A program made the position numbers and the translations under genes. The notes below the pieces were generated by a model. That model had not been told where the DNA came from. It was given only the letters and a program-made list of their open reading frames with translations, and searched no databases. DNA of 64,000 nucleotides, taken from IMG/VR virus record IMGVR_UViG_3300035181_001974; one strand, 5' to 3'. Source of the DNA: a virus. This document shows positions 45,125 through 54,142 of this stretch, one piece after another. Numbering within the stretch: position 1 is the first letter of the stretch; each line of letters starts with the position of its first letter.

Positions 45125-45303
45125 ATGAAGCGCAAGCCCGTACCTAACATTGAGGACCTCTTCGTGGCGGCGATTCAATCGTCGCTTGAGGCAGCGCACC
45201 TCCTCAAGTTGTCGCACGACCAGTTCATGGCCCTTGTGGAAGGTGCTTGGCAGGTCGATGCGGAACGTATGTCGAAAGAAACCCAAGAAGGCAAGGAGAA
45301 ATA
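45125..45303 (+). CDS. hypothetical small protein (59 aa, below ORF-track cutoff)
   Basis: ATG at 45125, ends ...EGKEK* just before 45307; located in an otherwise AT-richer intergenic region. Confidence 0.3.
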
Positions 45304-45306
45304 GCA

Positions 45307-45852
45307 ATGACCTGTATCATTGGTTTGGTGGACGGTAAGAACGTGTGGCTCGGCGGCGATCGTGCCGCGACGGGCGGCAATCTAGGTCGCACCCTCATCA
45401 AGCATCCCAAGATCTTCACGAAGAGCGGTATTGGCATCGGCGTCAGCGGCTCGTCCAAGGTCATGGATGCCATCCAACACGCCATCGAGTTCCCGAAGCA
45501 CGAGGAAGGCGTGGCGACTAAGACGTTCCTCGTTAATGATCTGATCCCGGCCTTCCGCGAGGGTCTGAAGAAGCTCGACTGCCTCGTTGAACACCACGGG
45601 CAGTGGTATTTTCACGGTGCCTTGTTGATCGGGTACAGAGGCGAACTGCACATGGTCGAGGGCAACTTCCAGCTCATTGAGAGTGCACGGGAGTTTGACG
45701 CGATCGGCAGCGGCGCCGAGCCAGCACTGGGTAGCCTCCGTGCCACGCGAAATGAGGGGCCGAAGAAGAGGATCCTCGAGGCGCTCAAGGTTTCTGCAGA
45801 AAACAATGCCGGCGTCGCACCACCGTTTGACACCCTGATGGTGAAAGGTTGA
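45307..45852 (+). CDS. HslV / proteasome-beta-like Ntn-hydrolase, paralog 1
   Basis: MTCIIGLVDGKNVWLGGDRAATGG.. compare HslV [24 protein letters not shown]; C-terminal DAIGSGAEPALGSLRA matches HslV AIGSGGPYAQAAARAL. Confidence 0.6.
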   Translation: MTCIIGLVDGKNVWLGGDRAATGGNLGRTLIKHPKIFTKSGIGIGVSGSSKVMDAIQHAIEFPKHEEGVATKTFLVNDLIPAFREGLKKLDCLVEHHGQWYFHGALLIGYRGELHMVEGNFQLIESAREFDAIGSGAEPALGSLRATRNEGPKKRILEALKVSAENNAGVAPPFDTLMVKG

Positions 45853-45855
45853 ACC

Positions 45856-46401
45856 ATGACCTGCATTGTCGCACTGGAACACGAGGGTACTGTCTGGGTC
45901 GGTGGTGACTCTGCAGGCATCGATGGTTTGAGCATCTGCAACCGGGCCGATGAGAAGGTCTTTATCAACGAGAACCTCATCATGGGGTTCTGCGGGTCCT
46001 TCCGCATCGGTCAGTTGCTACGCTACTCGCTCGAGGTCCCCGAGCAATCGGTGAAGCAGACCGACGACATGGAGTACCTGGTCAATGACTTTGTTGATGC
46101 TGTCAGAGAACTCCTGAATGAGAAGGGCGCGGCGAAGAAGGAGAACGAGCTGGAAGAGCATGAGTCGTCCTTCATCGTTGGCTTCAAGGGTAAGATTTAC
46201 GTGGTTGAAGAGGACTACCAGGTGGGTCGACCCCGTGAGAACTACGCGGCCGTGGGCTGCGGCGCCCAGATCGCTCTGGGCGCCCTGTACGCTACGAGGA
46301 ACAGCAACATGCAACCCCAAGATCGTCTCCGCGTGGCCCTCGAGGCCGCAGCAGAGTACAGCGCGGGCGTTCGAGGACCCTTCGCCTTTTTGAGCCTCTG
46401 A
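45856..46401 (+). CDS. HslV / proteasome-beta-like Ntn-hydrolase, paralog 2
   Basis: MTCIVALEHEGTVWVGGDSAGIDG..; AAVGCGAQIALGALYA. Confidence 0.6.
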   Translation: MTCIVALEHEGTVWVGGDSAGIDGLSICNRADEKVFINENLIMGFCGSFRIGQLLRYSLEVPEQSVKQTDDMEYLVNDFVDAVRELLNEKGAAKKENELEEHESSFIVGFKGKIYVVEEDYQVGRPRENYAAVGCGAQIALGALYATRNSNMQPQDRLRVALEAAAEYSAGVRGPFAFLSL

Positions 46402-46413
46402 CACAGGAGAGAG

Positions 46414-46989
46414 ATGCAGAACCCTTCCTTCACCGTTTTCTGCGGTCCGATGTTCTCGTCAAAAACATCGCGACTGTTGATGGAACTGGAGCGTTGCAAG
46501 TTCCAGCACAAGTCCGTCGCGGTCTTCAAGCCGCAGATCGACACTCGTTATGCAGTCGGTGACATTGTCAGTCACAGCGGCTGGCGAGCGCAGGCTGTGA
46601 CGGTGAAGGAAGGCGCCGACCTGTTGCAGCACATCCTCGACAGCGACACCGACTACAAGGTCATCGCTGTCGACGAGGCCTTCATGATTCACGGGATCGC
46701 TGAAGTGCTAATTTTCTTGTATCGCTCGGGTTTCTCGATCATCGTCTCCACGTTGGACATGGCCGCCAATGGGAAGCCATTCCCGGAAGTCACCCAACTG
46801 TTGCCTTGGGCGACCGAGGTCATCAAGTGTACCGCTGTCTGCACTGTTTGCGGCCGTGATGCTCATTATACGCATAAGAAGGTCACGGGCGGTGATGAAC
46901 ACACCGTCGAGGTGGGCGGCGACGAGCTCTACGAGCCGCGGTGTTGGGAGCACCACTTGCTGATCAACAACAAGCACAAGATGCCTTGA
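46414..46989 (+). CDS. tdk: thymidine kinase
   Basis: P-loop VFCGPMFSSKTS; zinc motif CTAVCTVCG...C..H; size 191 aa. Confidence 0.85.
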   Translation: MQNPSFTVFCGPMFSSKTSRLLMELERCKFQHKSVAVFKPQIDTRYAVGDIVSHSGWRAQAVTVKEGADLLQHILDSDTDYKVIAVDEAFMIHGIAEVLIFLYRSGFSIIVSTLDMAANGKPFPEVTQLLPWATEVIKCTAVCTVCGRDAHYTHKKVTGGDEHTVEVGGDELYEPRCWEHHLLINNKHKMP

Positions 46990-47004
46990 CAAATACATCA
47001 TCAG

Positions 47005-47457
47005 ATGACGCTAAAATCACTCATTACCGAGGCGGTACGGGCGCACCTGTTTGAACAGGTCCGCAAGAAGTTCAACATGCACCTGCCCGATGATCTCAGG
47101 CAGTTGGCGACCCTCTTCAAGAGCGCTGGACACCAGCTCTACGTTGTCGGCGGTTCAGTCCGCGATGCTTTGCTGGGCAAGGAGCCCAAGGATTACGACG
47201 TTGCGACTGAGGCGACTCCTGACCAGGTTATTTCGCTCCTGGAGACTGATCCCGGCCTCAAGATCCTGCCCATCGGCAAGTCATTCGGCGTCGTCAAGGT
47301 GATCACTCCCGAGGGCGGTGAATATGAGATCGCCACCTTCCGCAAGGAGACGTATGCTTCTAATACTAGGGATGACTTTGTGAAGTTTATCCGCGCAAAG
47401 GGACCAGAGTATGAGAAAAGGCTTCGTCTGTTCATTGATCGATCCGATCACGCCTAA
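47005..47457 (+). CDS. cca: CCA-adding tRNA nucleotidyltransferase, N-terminal piece (head domain) - gene interrupted
   Basis: LYVVGGSVRDALLGKEPKDYDVATEATPDQV...GEYEIATFRKETY is the class II CCA/polyA polymerase head; the continuation motif (RRDLTINA) is found only in the downstream ORF 47654..48529. Confidence 0.75.
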   Translation: MTLKSLITEAVRAHLFEQVRKKFNMHLPDDLRQLATLFKSAGHQLYVVGGSVRDALLGKEPKDYDVATEATPDQVISLLETDPGLKILPIGKSFGVVKVITPEGGEYEIATFRKETYASNTRDDFVKFIRAKGPEYEKRLRLFIDRSDHA

Positions 47458-47614
47458 AATTCGTTACGTTGGTATAACTGTAGGACCGTGGAATAAAGGT
47501 GTTCTGGCAACTCAAGAACACAAACGTAAATTGGGTGTTCCCAAGCCCCTAGAACAAAAGAACATTCAGAACGTATTGCTCAATCAAAACGTGAAATGTG
47601 GGCAAAAGGATTGA
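47411..47614 (+). pseudogene. GIY-YIG homing-endonuclease-like relic inside the CCA gene interruption
   Basis: KGFVCSLIDPITPKIRYVGIT mirrors I-TevI GIYQIKNTLNNKVYVGSA (GIY...YIG spacing); ORF only 67 aa. Confidence 0.4.
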
Positions 47615-47653
47615 CCGGTCGACTTACTACAACTTCTAAGAAAGACGTAACAG

Positions 47654-48529
47654 ATGACGTGGCAAAAGATAGCAAAGGAAATATTTCCTGAAGAATTCAA
47701 GCAATTTGAAAGACTTAATGGTCGTCGGCCCGACGCGGTCGAGTTCACTGACATTGCTTCGGACGTGCAGCGCCGCGATCTGACGATCAACGCCTTGTTC
47801 TACGACATCGACAAAGGGGAGATCGTCGACTTCGTCGGCGGAATCGACGACATCCAGAACGGGATCGTCAAGGCAGTTGGAGACCCAGGTGCGCGATTTG
47901 CAGAAGACAGGTTGCGCATCCTGCGGGCCCTGCGATTTGCGACACGCATGGGGTCACAACTTGACCCTGCGACGGCTCAGGCCATCAAAAATGACAATAA
48001 GTTGAGCGGGGTTTCCCCTGAACGAATTAGAGACGAGTTTTTGAAGGGCATTCTAGCGACCCGATCTGTGCCGTCGTTCCTTGACATGATGGAGGAGTAC
48101 GACCTCTGGCCACAGGTGTTCCCGGGTCTTAACGTTGCGCGGGTTCCGATCGACACGAAGAACGTGCCGGTGGTTCTCGCCCGATTGTTGTGGGGTAACG
48201 CTCCCGATCTTGTGGCAAAGCGCCTTAATGCGTTGAAGTACTCTGCCGACGAGGTAGCGCAGGTGACGTTTCTCCTGCGATTCAAGGACTTGACTCCCGA
48301 GAATGCCTTCAGGCTACGCAAGGCTTACCTGATCAGCAAGCTGTCGGACAAGGACTTGATTGAGTTCGCTGCAATGAAGAGCACGCCTGAACCGCGCTTG
48401 GTTCGAGCCTTCCTGAAGTACAGGCCCACCATCACAGGTGATGAGCTAATGGCACAAGGATTCACGGGCGCTCAGTTGGGCAAGGAGATGGAGCGCCGTG
48501 AGACGGAGCTCTTCAAGGAGTTACTGTGA
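47654..48529 (+). CDS. cca: CCA-adding tRNA nucleotidyltransferase, C-terminal piece
   Basis: GRRPDAVEFTDIASDVQRRDLTINALFYDIDKGEIVDFVGGIDDIQNGIV...AVGDPGARFAEDRLRILRALRFATRMG = canonical continuation of the head plus neck. Confidence 0.75.
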   Translation: MTWQKIAKEIFPEEFKQFERLNGRRPDAVEFTDIASDVQRRDLTINALFYDIDKGEIVDFVGGIDDIQNGIVKAVGDPGARFAEDRLRILRALRFATRMGSQLDPATAQAIKNDNKLSGVSPERIRDEFLKGILATRSVPSFLDMMEEYDLWPQVFPGLNVARVPIDTKNVPVVLARLLWGNAPDLVAKRLNALKYSADEVAQVTFLLRFKDLTPENAFRLRKAYLISKLSDKDLIEFAAMKSTPEPRLVRAFLKYRPTITGDELMAQGFTGAQLGKEMERRETELFKELL

Positions 48530-48984
48530 TGACCCACAATAGCGAAGAACTGCGGCCCACCTGGCCTTCGATCTGGATGGCAGTCGCCAAGACGATTGCC
48601 TTGCGTTCTTACGATCCCAGGCTAAAGGTGGGCGCCATCGTCGTCTCATACGACAATACCCAGATGTTGTCGATCGGGTACAACGGCAACTACAAAGGCG
48701 GGCCACACGAGCACGAGTCGAAGGAACCTGGCAAGTCAGGCTTTATTCACGCCGAGGTCAATGCGCTGGTCAAGTGTGACTTCAACTTTCCCAAGAAGAA
48801 ACACCTGTACGTGACTCACAGCCCGTGCAAGGACTGCGCCAAGTTGATCATCAATGCTGAGATTGCCCGAGTTGTTTATGAGATTCCCTACCGCGATCCG
48901 GCAGGGCTAAATCTCCTGCGGTCCGTCGGTATTGAAGTGCTATCGCTAGAGGATGCGATTATCAACTCAAGATTGGCCCGTTGA
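48526..48984 (+). CDS. dCMP deaminase
   Basis: zinc-binding HAEVNAL and PCKDCAKLI motifs; 152 aa. Confidence 0.85.
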   Translation: MMTHNSEELRPTWPSIWMAVAKTIALRSYDPRLKVGAIVVSYDNTQMLSIGYNGNYKGGPHEHESKEPGKSGFIHAEVNALVKCDFNFPKKKHLYVTHSPCKDCAKLIINAEIARVVYEIPYRDPAGLNLLRSVGIEVLSLEDAIINSRLAR

Positions 48985-49244
48985 CTTTTACGTCAAAAGC
49001 ATCAATACGTACATTCAGTACGACAGCGAATATTGGCACGGTCTTGACCGCTCCATCGACGTCATGATGGCATCACAAATCCACGTGACAAAGGAATCTA
49101 TCGCAACTGGCTTTCAGATCGTGCAAAGGATGAGTGGTTTACCGCTCAAAACATGACTCTATCGATAGTTGTACATGGAAGAACGAAAGCCAATCGTGAT
49201 GACCTGCGTCTCAAGCTGGAGAGAATACTTACCGCCAGGGCCCG

Positions 49245-49529
49245 ATGAAGACACTGACTGAGGCTGATGTCCTTCGCATTATGCGTGAGGAATGGGATAA
49301 CAAGGTCAATCAACTCGCTGAGACCATCGACGTCGCACTGACGGCGAAACTGGGCAAAGGTGATGAGAAGATCGTCATCTCTCCCGAGCTAAAGGTACTG
49401 CACAAGAAGAGCGGCATCCGCTACACGGTTGACTCCGTCGGGCCCCGCGATTGCATTCTCCGAACGCCGGAAGGTGAGACCTTCCTTGTTGACGCTACAA
49501 CCTTGGAGCAAGAATATGAGCTTGACTGA
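49245..49529 (+). CDS. hypothetical protein
   Basis: 94-aa ORF. Confidence 0.35.
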   Translation: MKTLTEADVLRIMREEWDNKVNQLAETIDVALTAKLGKGDEKIVISPELKVLHKKSGIRYTVDSVGPRDCILRTPEGETFLVDATTLEQEYELD

Positions 49530-50226
49530 CAAAGACACGGGCCTCGACGTCGACGGCCTTCTAAGGAAGTCCGTGAAGGAGACGATGGGCGCGGCACGCG
49601 AGCCTCTCAAGGAAGCGTACGTGGCCGAGCAGAAGCCCTTCAAACAGGTCTCCGAGCTCATCTCACAGAAGACCAAGGACGCTCACACCGCCCTCTACAA
49701 GGACTACATTGAGCAAGTGAATCAGGTCTCGTCGGAGCTCGACACCGCAGATCGTTCGGGTGCCAATTCGAAGCACAGCGACTTCAGATCGTTGAAGCTA
49801 GACGAGGCATACAACCTCAATGCCGTCTGGCTGCACGAGTTGTACTTTGCCAACTGTTTCGATCCTCACAGCGAGATCGTGATGGATTCGATCTCGTACC
49901 TGAAGCTACAGCGTGACTTCGGGACCTTCGAGGACTGGCAACGTGACTTCATTGCCTGCGGCATGGCGGCGGGCAACGGTTGGGTGGTGTGCGGTTATCA
50001 CGCCTTCTTGAAGCGCTATGTCAATGTCATCATCAGCAATCACAGCCAGGACGTCATGGTTGGGTTGTACCCTATCATCGTGGTCGACATGCATGAACAT
50101 GCCTACTACCGCGACTACCTGTCCGACAAGAAAAGCTATCTCATCTCGCAGATGCGCGAGTTCAACTGGACCGTGATCGAAGACCGCTTCAAGCGCGGTG
50201 AGGCGATTGCAGTGGCGGTGAAGTGA
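49516..50226 (+). CDS. Fe/Mn superoxide dismutase-like protein
   Basis: C-terminal NGWVVCGYH...PIIVVDMHEHAYYRDY matches SOD G.GWAWL...P.LG.DVWEHAYY; N-terminal His ligands only partly conserved; start taken at MSLTDKD. Confidence 0.55.
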   Translation: MSLTDKDTGLDVDGLLRKSVKETMGAAREPLKEAYVAEQKPFKQVSELISQKTKDAHTALYKDYIEQVNQVSSELDTADRSGANSKHSDFRSLKLDEAYNLNAVWLHELYFANCFDPHSEIVMDSISYLKLQRDFGTFEDWQRDFIACGMAAGNGWVVCGYHAFLKRYVNVIISNHSQDVMVGLYPIIVVDMHEHAYYRDYLSDKKSYLISQMREFNWTVIEDRFKRGEAIAVAVK

Positions 50227-50822
50227 TGGACAGAAAGATCAGGATCAAGGTCGGCGATCTGAAGCGAATCCTCCGCGAGGAATTTCTACGTGAGGCCGGC
50301 GGCAATGATCCCACGGCCGGTAAGGAACCTGAGCGTGAGGACGGCGAGGACTCTGTCGACGCGCAGATCGATCGTTACCTCGGAGAATACGAGAGCGAAG
50401 CCAAGTCCGCCAAGACCGAAGGCAAGGACTGGCGTCGCGCGGTCCGGCGCATTGTCGAGGCCGGCGATGACGAGGGTGACAATGAAGGTGGCGATGATGA
50501 GTTCGGCCTCGGCGACGAAGGCAGCGACGCGCCCTCGAAGCCCGGCGTCGATTCCATCGACATGGACTCTTATGCCAATTCTGTGATGCGCCTGATCGAC
50601 AACGCCGCGTCACTGTTGGAGTTGCGCAACACATTGCTCCGTCGAGCGGCCAACTTCCTGGGCAAGAACTATGCCCCAGAAGTCGTAGAGGCGTTCAAGG
50701 AGAACCTGCGTTCTGAGCACGGCATCGAGATCGGTAAGTCGCCTGAAGAGGCAGCCGACGATGAGTTCCCGGCTCCCGCCGCCGCCCGAGCTGGGGGTGG
50801 TGCCGGAGGCGCTCCCGCATGA
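50223..50822 (+). CDS. acidic protein with N-terminal leader motif (RIKVGDLKRILREEFLRE)
   Basis: 199 aa, Asp/Glu-rich middle, Gly/Ala-rich tail. Confidence 0.45.
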   Translation: MMDRKIRIKVGDLKRILREEFLREAGGNDPTAGKEPEREDGEDSVDAQIDRYLGEYESEAKSAKTEGKDWRRAVRRIVEAGDDEGDNEGGDDEFGLGDEGSDAPSKPGVDSIDMDSYANSVMRLIDNAASLLELRNTLLRRAANFLGKNYAPEVVEAFKENLRSEHGIEIGKSPEEAADDEFPAPAAARAGGGAGGAPA

Positions 50823-51160
50823 GACATGACATCTTCCAGTCACGAAAATGCATCCACGTCAAGCTGACGAAGGAAGTTCACGCAGCCCTGCGGGCGCGGC
50901 TCTTCCAACACGGCATTTCGATGCAGGATGTCTTTGACGAGTTTGCTCGTCAAGTGGCGGAAGGCTCGCCTCGGGCAATTGCCATCGTCGACGGCCTCGT
51001 CAATCGCAAGTTGCGTGAGGTGATCGACGGCAAGCCCAAAAAGCGTCGCATCGAAGGTTTCGGTGAACTGGACTCAGAGGCGTTGTACAGTTTGATCAAC
51101 AGGGACGAACAAGATGGAACTCAAGATGGAAAGCCCGACGCCAAAGAAGAGCTTGCTTAA
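50819..51160 (+). CDS. hypothetical protein
   Basis: 113-aa ORF. Confidence 0.35.
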   Translation: MRHDIFQSRKCIHVKLTKEVHAALRARLFQHGISMQDVFDEFARQVAEGSPRAIAIVDGLVNRKLREVIDGKPKKRRIEGFGELDSEALYSLINRDEQDGTQDGKPDAKEELA

Positions 51161-51416
51161 CAAGCTAATCGACAAGGCCATTGATACTTCAGCGAAGGTC
51201 ATGGACTTGAAGAACGACATCCTTGACCTGGCACACAACGTCAACATATTGACCAAGTCAGTCGTCGGAGTCGCGCAGGCGGTTCAGTCGCATCATCAGG
51301 CGATTTCGGAGCTGTACGCCATCCAGGCGCAGATTCTTAAGGTCATGAATGGCAACTCTCTTGATTCCAAGCTCTCCGAAGGCAAGAAGAAGGAGGGGCG
51401 TGACAAGCCTAACTGA
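51114..51416 (+). CDS. hypothetical coiled-coil protein
   Basis: 100-aa ORF. Confidence 0.3.
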   Translation: MELKMESPTPKKSLLNKLIDKAIDTSAKVMDLKNDILDLAHNVNILTKSVVGVAQAVQSHHQAISELYAIQAQILKVMNGNSLDSKLSEGKKKEGRDKPN

Positions 51417-51418
51417 AT

Positions 51419-51811
51419 ATGACGTGGTTGCTAACAACTTGGGCATTCGTCAAGAAGTACTGGCAGATCGGCCTCCTAGTCCTTGGAGTCATCGTCGGAT
51501 TCATCCTGTTTCGCGGGCAGGGTAGTGACTACGCTAAGCGCCTGAAGGAGATTCAGGACGCTCACGATGATGAAATCAAGCAAATCAACGCCGCTCGCGC
51601 TGAAGAAGAGCGCCAACATGATCTCGATGTCAAGCGCCTGCAGGATGCTCTGAGCGCAGTTCAGGCACAGTATGATGCTGCCAAGAAGGACCTCGACGAC
51701 AAGAAGAAGAAGGAGATCGAGGACATCGTCAAGCAGTACGGTTCGAATCCTAACGAGCTCGCCAAGCAGTTGAGCGCGGCGACTGGCTTTCAGATCGTCC
51801 TACCTGCGTGA
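51419..51811 (+). CDS. membrane protein, N-terminal TM helix + coiled coil
   Basis: WLLTTWAFVKKYWQIGLLVLGVIVGFILF hydrophobic segment then heptad-rich region. Confidence 0.4.
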   Translation: MTWLLTTWAFVKKYWQIGLLVLGVIVGFILFRGQGSDYAKRLKEIQDAHDDEIKQINAARAEEERQHDLDVKRLQDALSAVQAQYDAAKKDLDDKKKKEIEDIVKQYGSNPNELAKQLSAATGFQIVLPA

Positions 51812-51825
51812 TGTAGTATGAGGGC

Positions 51826-52341
51826 ATGTGGAAAAGACTCTTCTCCCTTATCCTCTGTTTCACATTGATCTTTAGCTATGTTCGCCCGGCGTTGGCCGAC
51901 GACAACGGCGTGACGTTGCCTGACATCACCGTCCCTGACGGTGAAAAAGACCTAGGCGCAGTCATTTCGCCGATGAAGAAGGGCGACAAGGCGCCCTTCA
52001 CTGGCATCCTCCTGTCCCCTAAGGCTGTGGCGACGGTGATCGCTCAGCTACACGCTGCCAACGATCAGATCAAGATCGAGGTAGATCGCGCGAGGGGCGA
52101 GGACAAGGCCCAGTGCGATTTCAAGCTTTTTGAAGCCAAAGCGAAGTCAGACGCAGACCAGAAGGTGTTGCAGGCTCAGATTGACGCCAAGCAGAAGGAG
52201 CTCAATGCGGCCGAAGAGCAACTCAAGAAGGCGCAGTCGTCAAACTCTTGGATGCCCGTCTACGTGGGTCTGGGCGCCGCAGGCGGGATTGGCCTCACGT
52301 TGTTGACTGTCTACACGGTGTCGAAGGTGACCAGCAAATAA
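51826..52341 (+). CDS. secreted/membrane coiled-coil protein (signal peptide, C-terminal TM)
   Basis: MWKRLFSLILCFTLIFSYVRPALA|DD signal; C-terminal VYVGLGAAGGIGLTLLTVYTV. Confidence 0.4.
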   Translation: MWKRLFSLILCFTLIFSYVRPALADDNGVTLPDITVPDGEKDLGAVISPMKKGDKAPFTGILLSPKAVATVIAQLHAANDQIKIEVDRARGEDKAQCDFKLFEAKAKSDADQKVLQAQIDAKQKELNAAEEQLKKAQSSNSWMPVYVGLGAAGGIGLTLLTVYTVSKVTSK

Positions 52342-52362
52342 CGCGAGCGTCCTATTTAGACC

Positions 52363-52680
52363 GTGCCGGACACTTCGGAGGCTCCCATGGCAGACGATAA
52401 CACAACTCCTGACCCGACTGAGGTCAAACCAGCGTGGTACTGGATCAAGGACACAAAAGGCTATGGCTCTGTCACTGTGACGATGGTTTTCGTCGCCTTT
52501 TGGGTGACGACCTTGGCCTACATTGTCTCGTTGGTCGAGAAGATCGGCGGCGTGACGATCAGACCGTTTGACGTGGCAGCATGCTCTGCTTACTTTATTC
52601 CGATCTTGACGCTGTACTTTGGCCGCAAGTTCACTGACGCCAAGTTCGGAACTGCCTCGACACCCGGTCCCAAGGACTGA
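52363..52680 (+). CDS. small membrane protein (2 TM)
   Basis: two hydrophobic stretches. Confidence 0.35.
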   Translation: MPDTSEAPMADDNTTPDPTEVKPAWYWIKDTKGYGSVTVTMVFVAFWVTTLAYIVSLVEKIGGVTIRPFDVAACSAYFIPILTLYFGRKFTDAKFGTASTPGPKD

Positions 52681-52682
52681 GC

Positions 52683-54134
52683 ATGAGCAAGGTCACAGTC
52701 ACCGAGGAGGCCATCCGTGAGATGGTCCGCGAGGTCCTTGACAACAAGGACCTTGGCCGCGTTCTGGTGCCTGAGGGCACCGGCAAAACCGATGAACCAA
52801 TCAAGGTCAATGACGTGGTCGATCCTTCGGCCGCCGTGACCAATCCCGGCAACCCAGATTTTCGGCCACACAGCCGAGCAGAGCTCAAGGTTGCTGTCGA
52901 TGCGCTTAGCGCAGATCTGCCCGATGAAAAGGTGCCCGATGTCTACGAGAAGTTGGTCGGTGCCCTTGAGGTTTCACAAGAAAAGGATGATGGGGACAAG
53001 ATGAAGAAGGACACGAAGACCGAGGCTGTGATCCGTGCTGCGGTCAGGCAGCATCTGCGTGATAACCTCGACCTGACCGAGGCCTTTCCGAAGAAACAGA
53101 AGGAGTTTGGTCCAGTCGTCGGACCTCTGCCCCCTGTCACGAAGGTCCCGACGGGCGTTCACGGTGCTGAGTACATGCGCAAGGCCGAGAAGTACCGCAA
53201 GGACCTCAGGTCGGCACTGAAGGGTCCTTTGGAGGAACCAGAAGCTGACGAGGTCGAGGCGATGGCTGACGATGACGCTCGCAAGTTCAAAACTGTCTCT
53301 GACGTGGGCGGCGCCTCCTTCCAGGACATCGCTGCCGAGCTTGGCTTTTCAGTTGCGGGCGCCAAGCAGGCCGTCGACAAGGCGATGGCGAAGGCCCAAT
53401 GGTTGGGTCAGCTCGAGGAGGAATCTCCCGAGGAACTCGAAATCCTCGTTCTGTCAGCCATAAATGACTACATCAAGCTGTTGACCAAGTCGGGCGAACT
53501 GACGGCTGCCGACGTGCAGCTGATGAAGGATCATCCAGACATCGTCCGCGAGCTCGACGGCTTCCGCGAGTTCCTCGACAAGTCGATTCGCAAGGCCCGC
53601 AAGACTAATCAGGCTATCATCAATCCTATCAGCGACGAGGGCGGCGAGGCTCCCAAAGTCACCGCCTCCGCGGCCGCATCTGCAGCGCCACCCGCGACGG
53701 CTCCCGCTGCCAAGGCCGGTAAGGACACGTACAAGGTCTACAAGGGTGGACCGAAGTACGGTGGCGCCTCCGTGGTGACGCGGTACAAGGGTAAGGTCTA
53801 CGGCAAGTCGGGCGCCTCGGAGTTCAAACCGGGTGAGACAGGTCGGGTCTCGATGGATGGCGACAAGCTAAAGGTCAAGAAGACGGGCTCTGATCACACT
53901 CAAATTTGGGATCCGGTCGGCGAGTCGAAGGTCATCAAGAAGGTGATCAAGAAGGGCAACGTCACCATCGTCCTCGAGGCCGGTGCCCGCATGGTCGGCA
54001 CCGGCGACCAGGTGACTTGCAAGTTCTGTGGGCAGCCAGTTGAGGTGATGATCGCAATTCCGGGTGGCGAGAAGTACCTCGACGACCACGGCCCGTGTCA
54101 CGGGTCAAAATCGCGAGTCGCAGCAGCTACCTGA
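52683..54134 (+). CDS. 483-aa protein with N-terminal leader-like motif and C-terminal domain shared with 35035..38094
   Basis: MSKVTVTEEAIREMVREVL; C-terminal DTYKVYKGGPKYGG...DGDKLKVKKTGSDHTQIWDPV. Confidence 0.5.
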   Translation: MSKVTVTEEAIREMVREVLDNKDLGRVLVPEGTGKTDEPIKVNDVVDPSAAVTNPGNPDFRPHSRAELKVAVDALSADLPDEKVPDVYEKLVGALEVSQEKDDGDKMKKDTKTEAVIRAAVRQHLRDNLDLTEAFPKKQKEFGPVVGPLPPVTKVPTGVHGAEYMRKAEKYRKDLRSALKGPLEEPEADEVEAMADDDARKFKTVSDVGGASFQDIAAELGFSVAGAKQAVDKAMAKAQWLGQLEEESPEELEILVLSAINDYIKLLTKSGELTAADVQLMKDHPDIVRELDGFREFLDKSIRKARKTNQAIINPISDEGGEAPKVTASAAASAAPPATAPAAKAGKDTYKVYKGGPKYGGASVVTRYKGKVYGKSGASEFKPGETGRVSMDGDKLKVKKTGSDHTQIWDPVGESKVIKKVIKKGNVTIVLEAGARMVGTGDQVTCKFCGQPVEVMIAIPGGEKYLDDHGPCHGSKSRVAAAT

Positions 54135-54142
54135 GGTGATGC

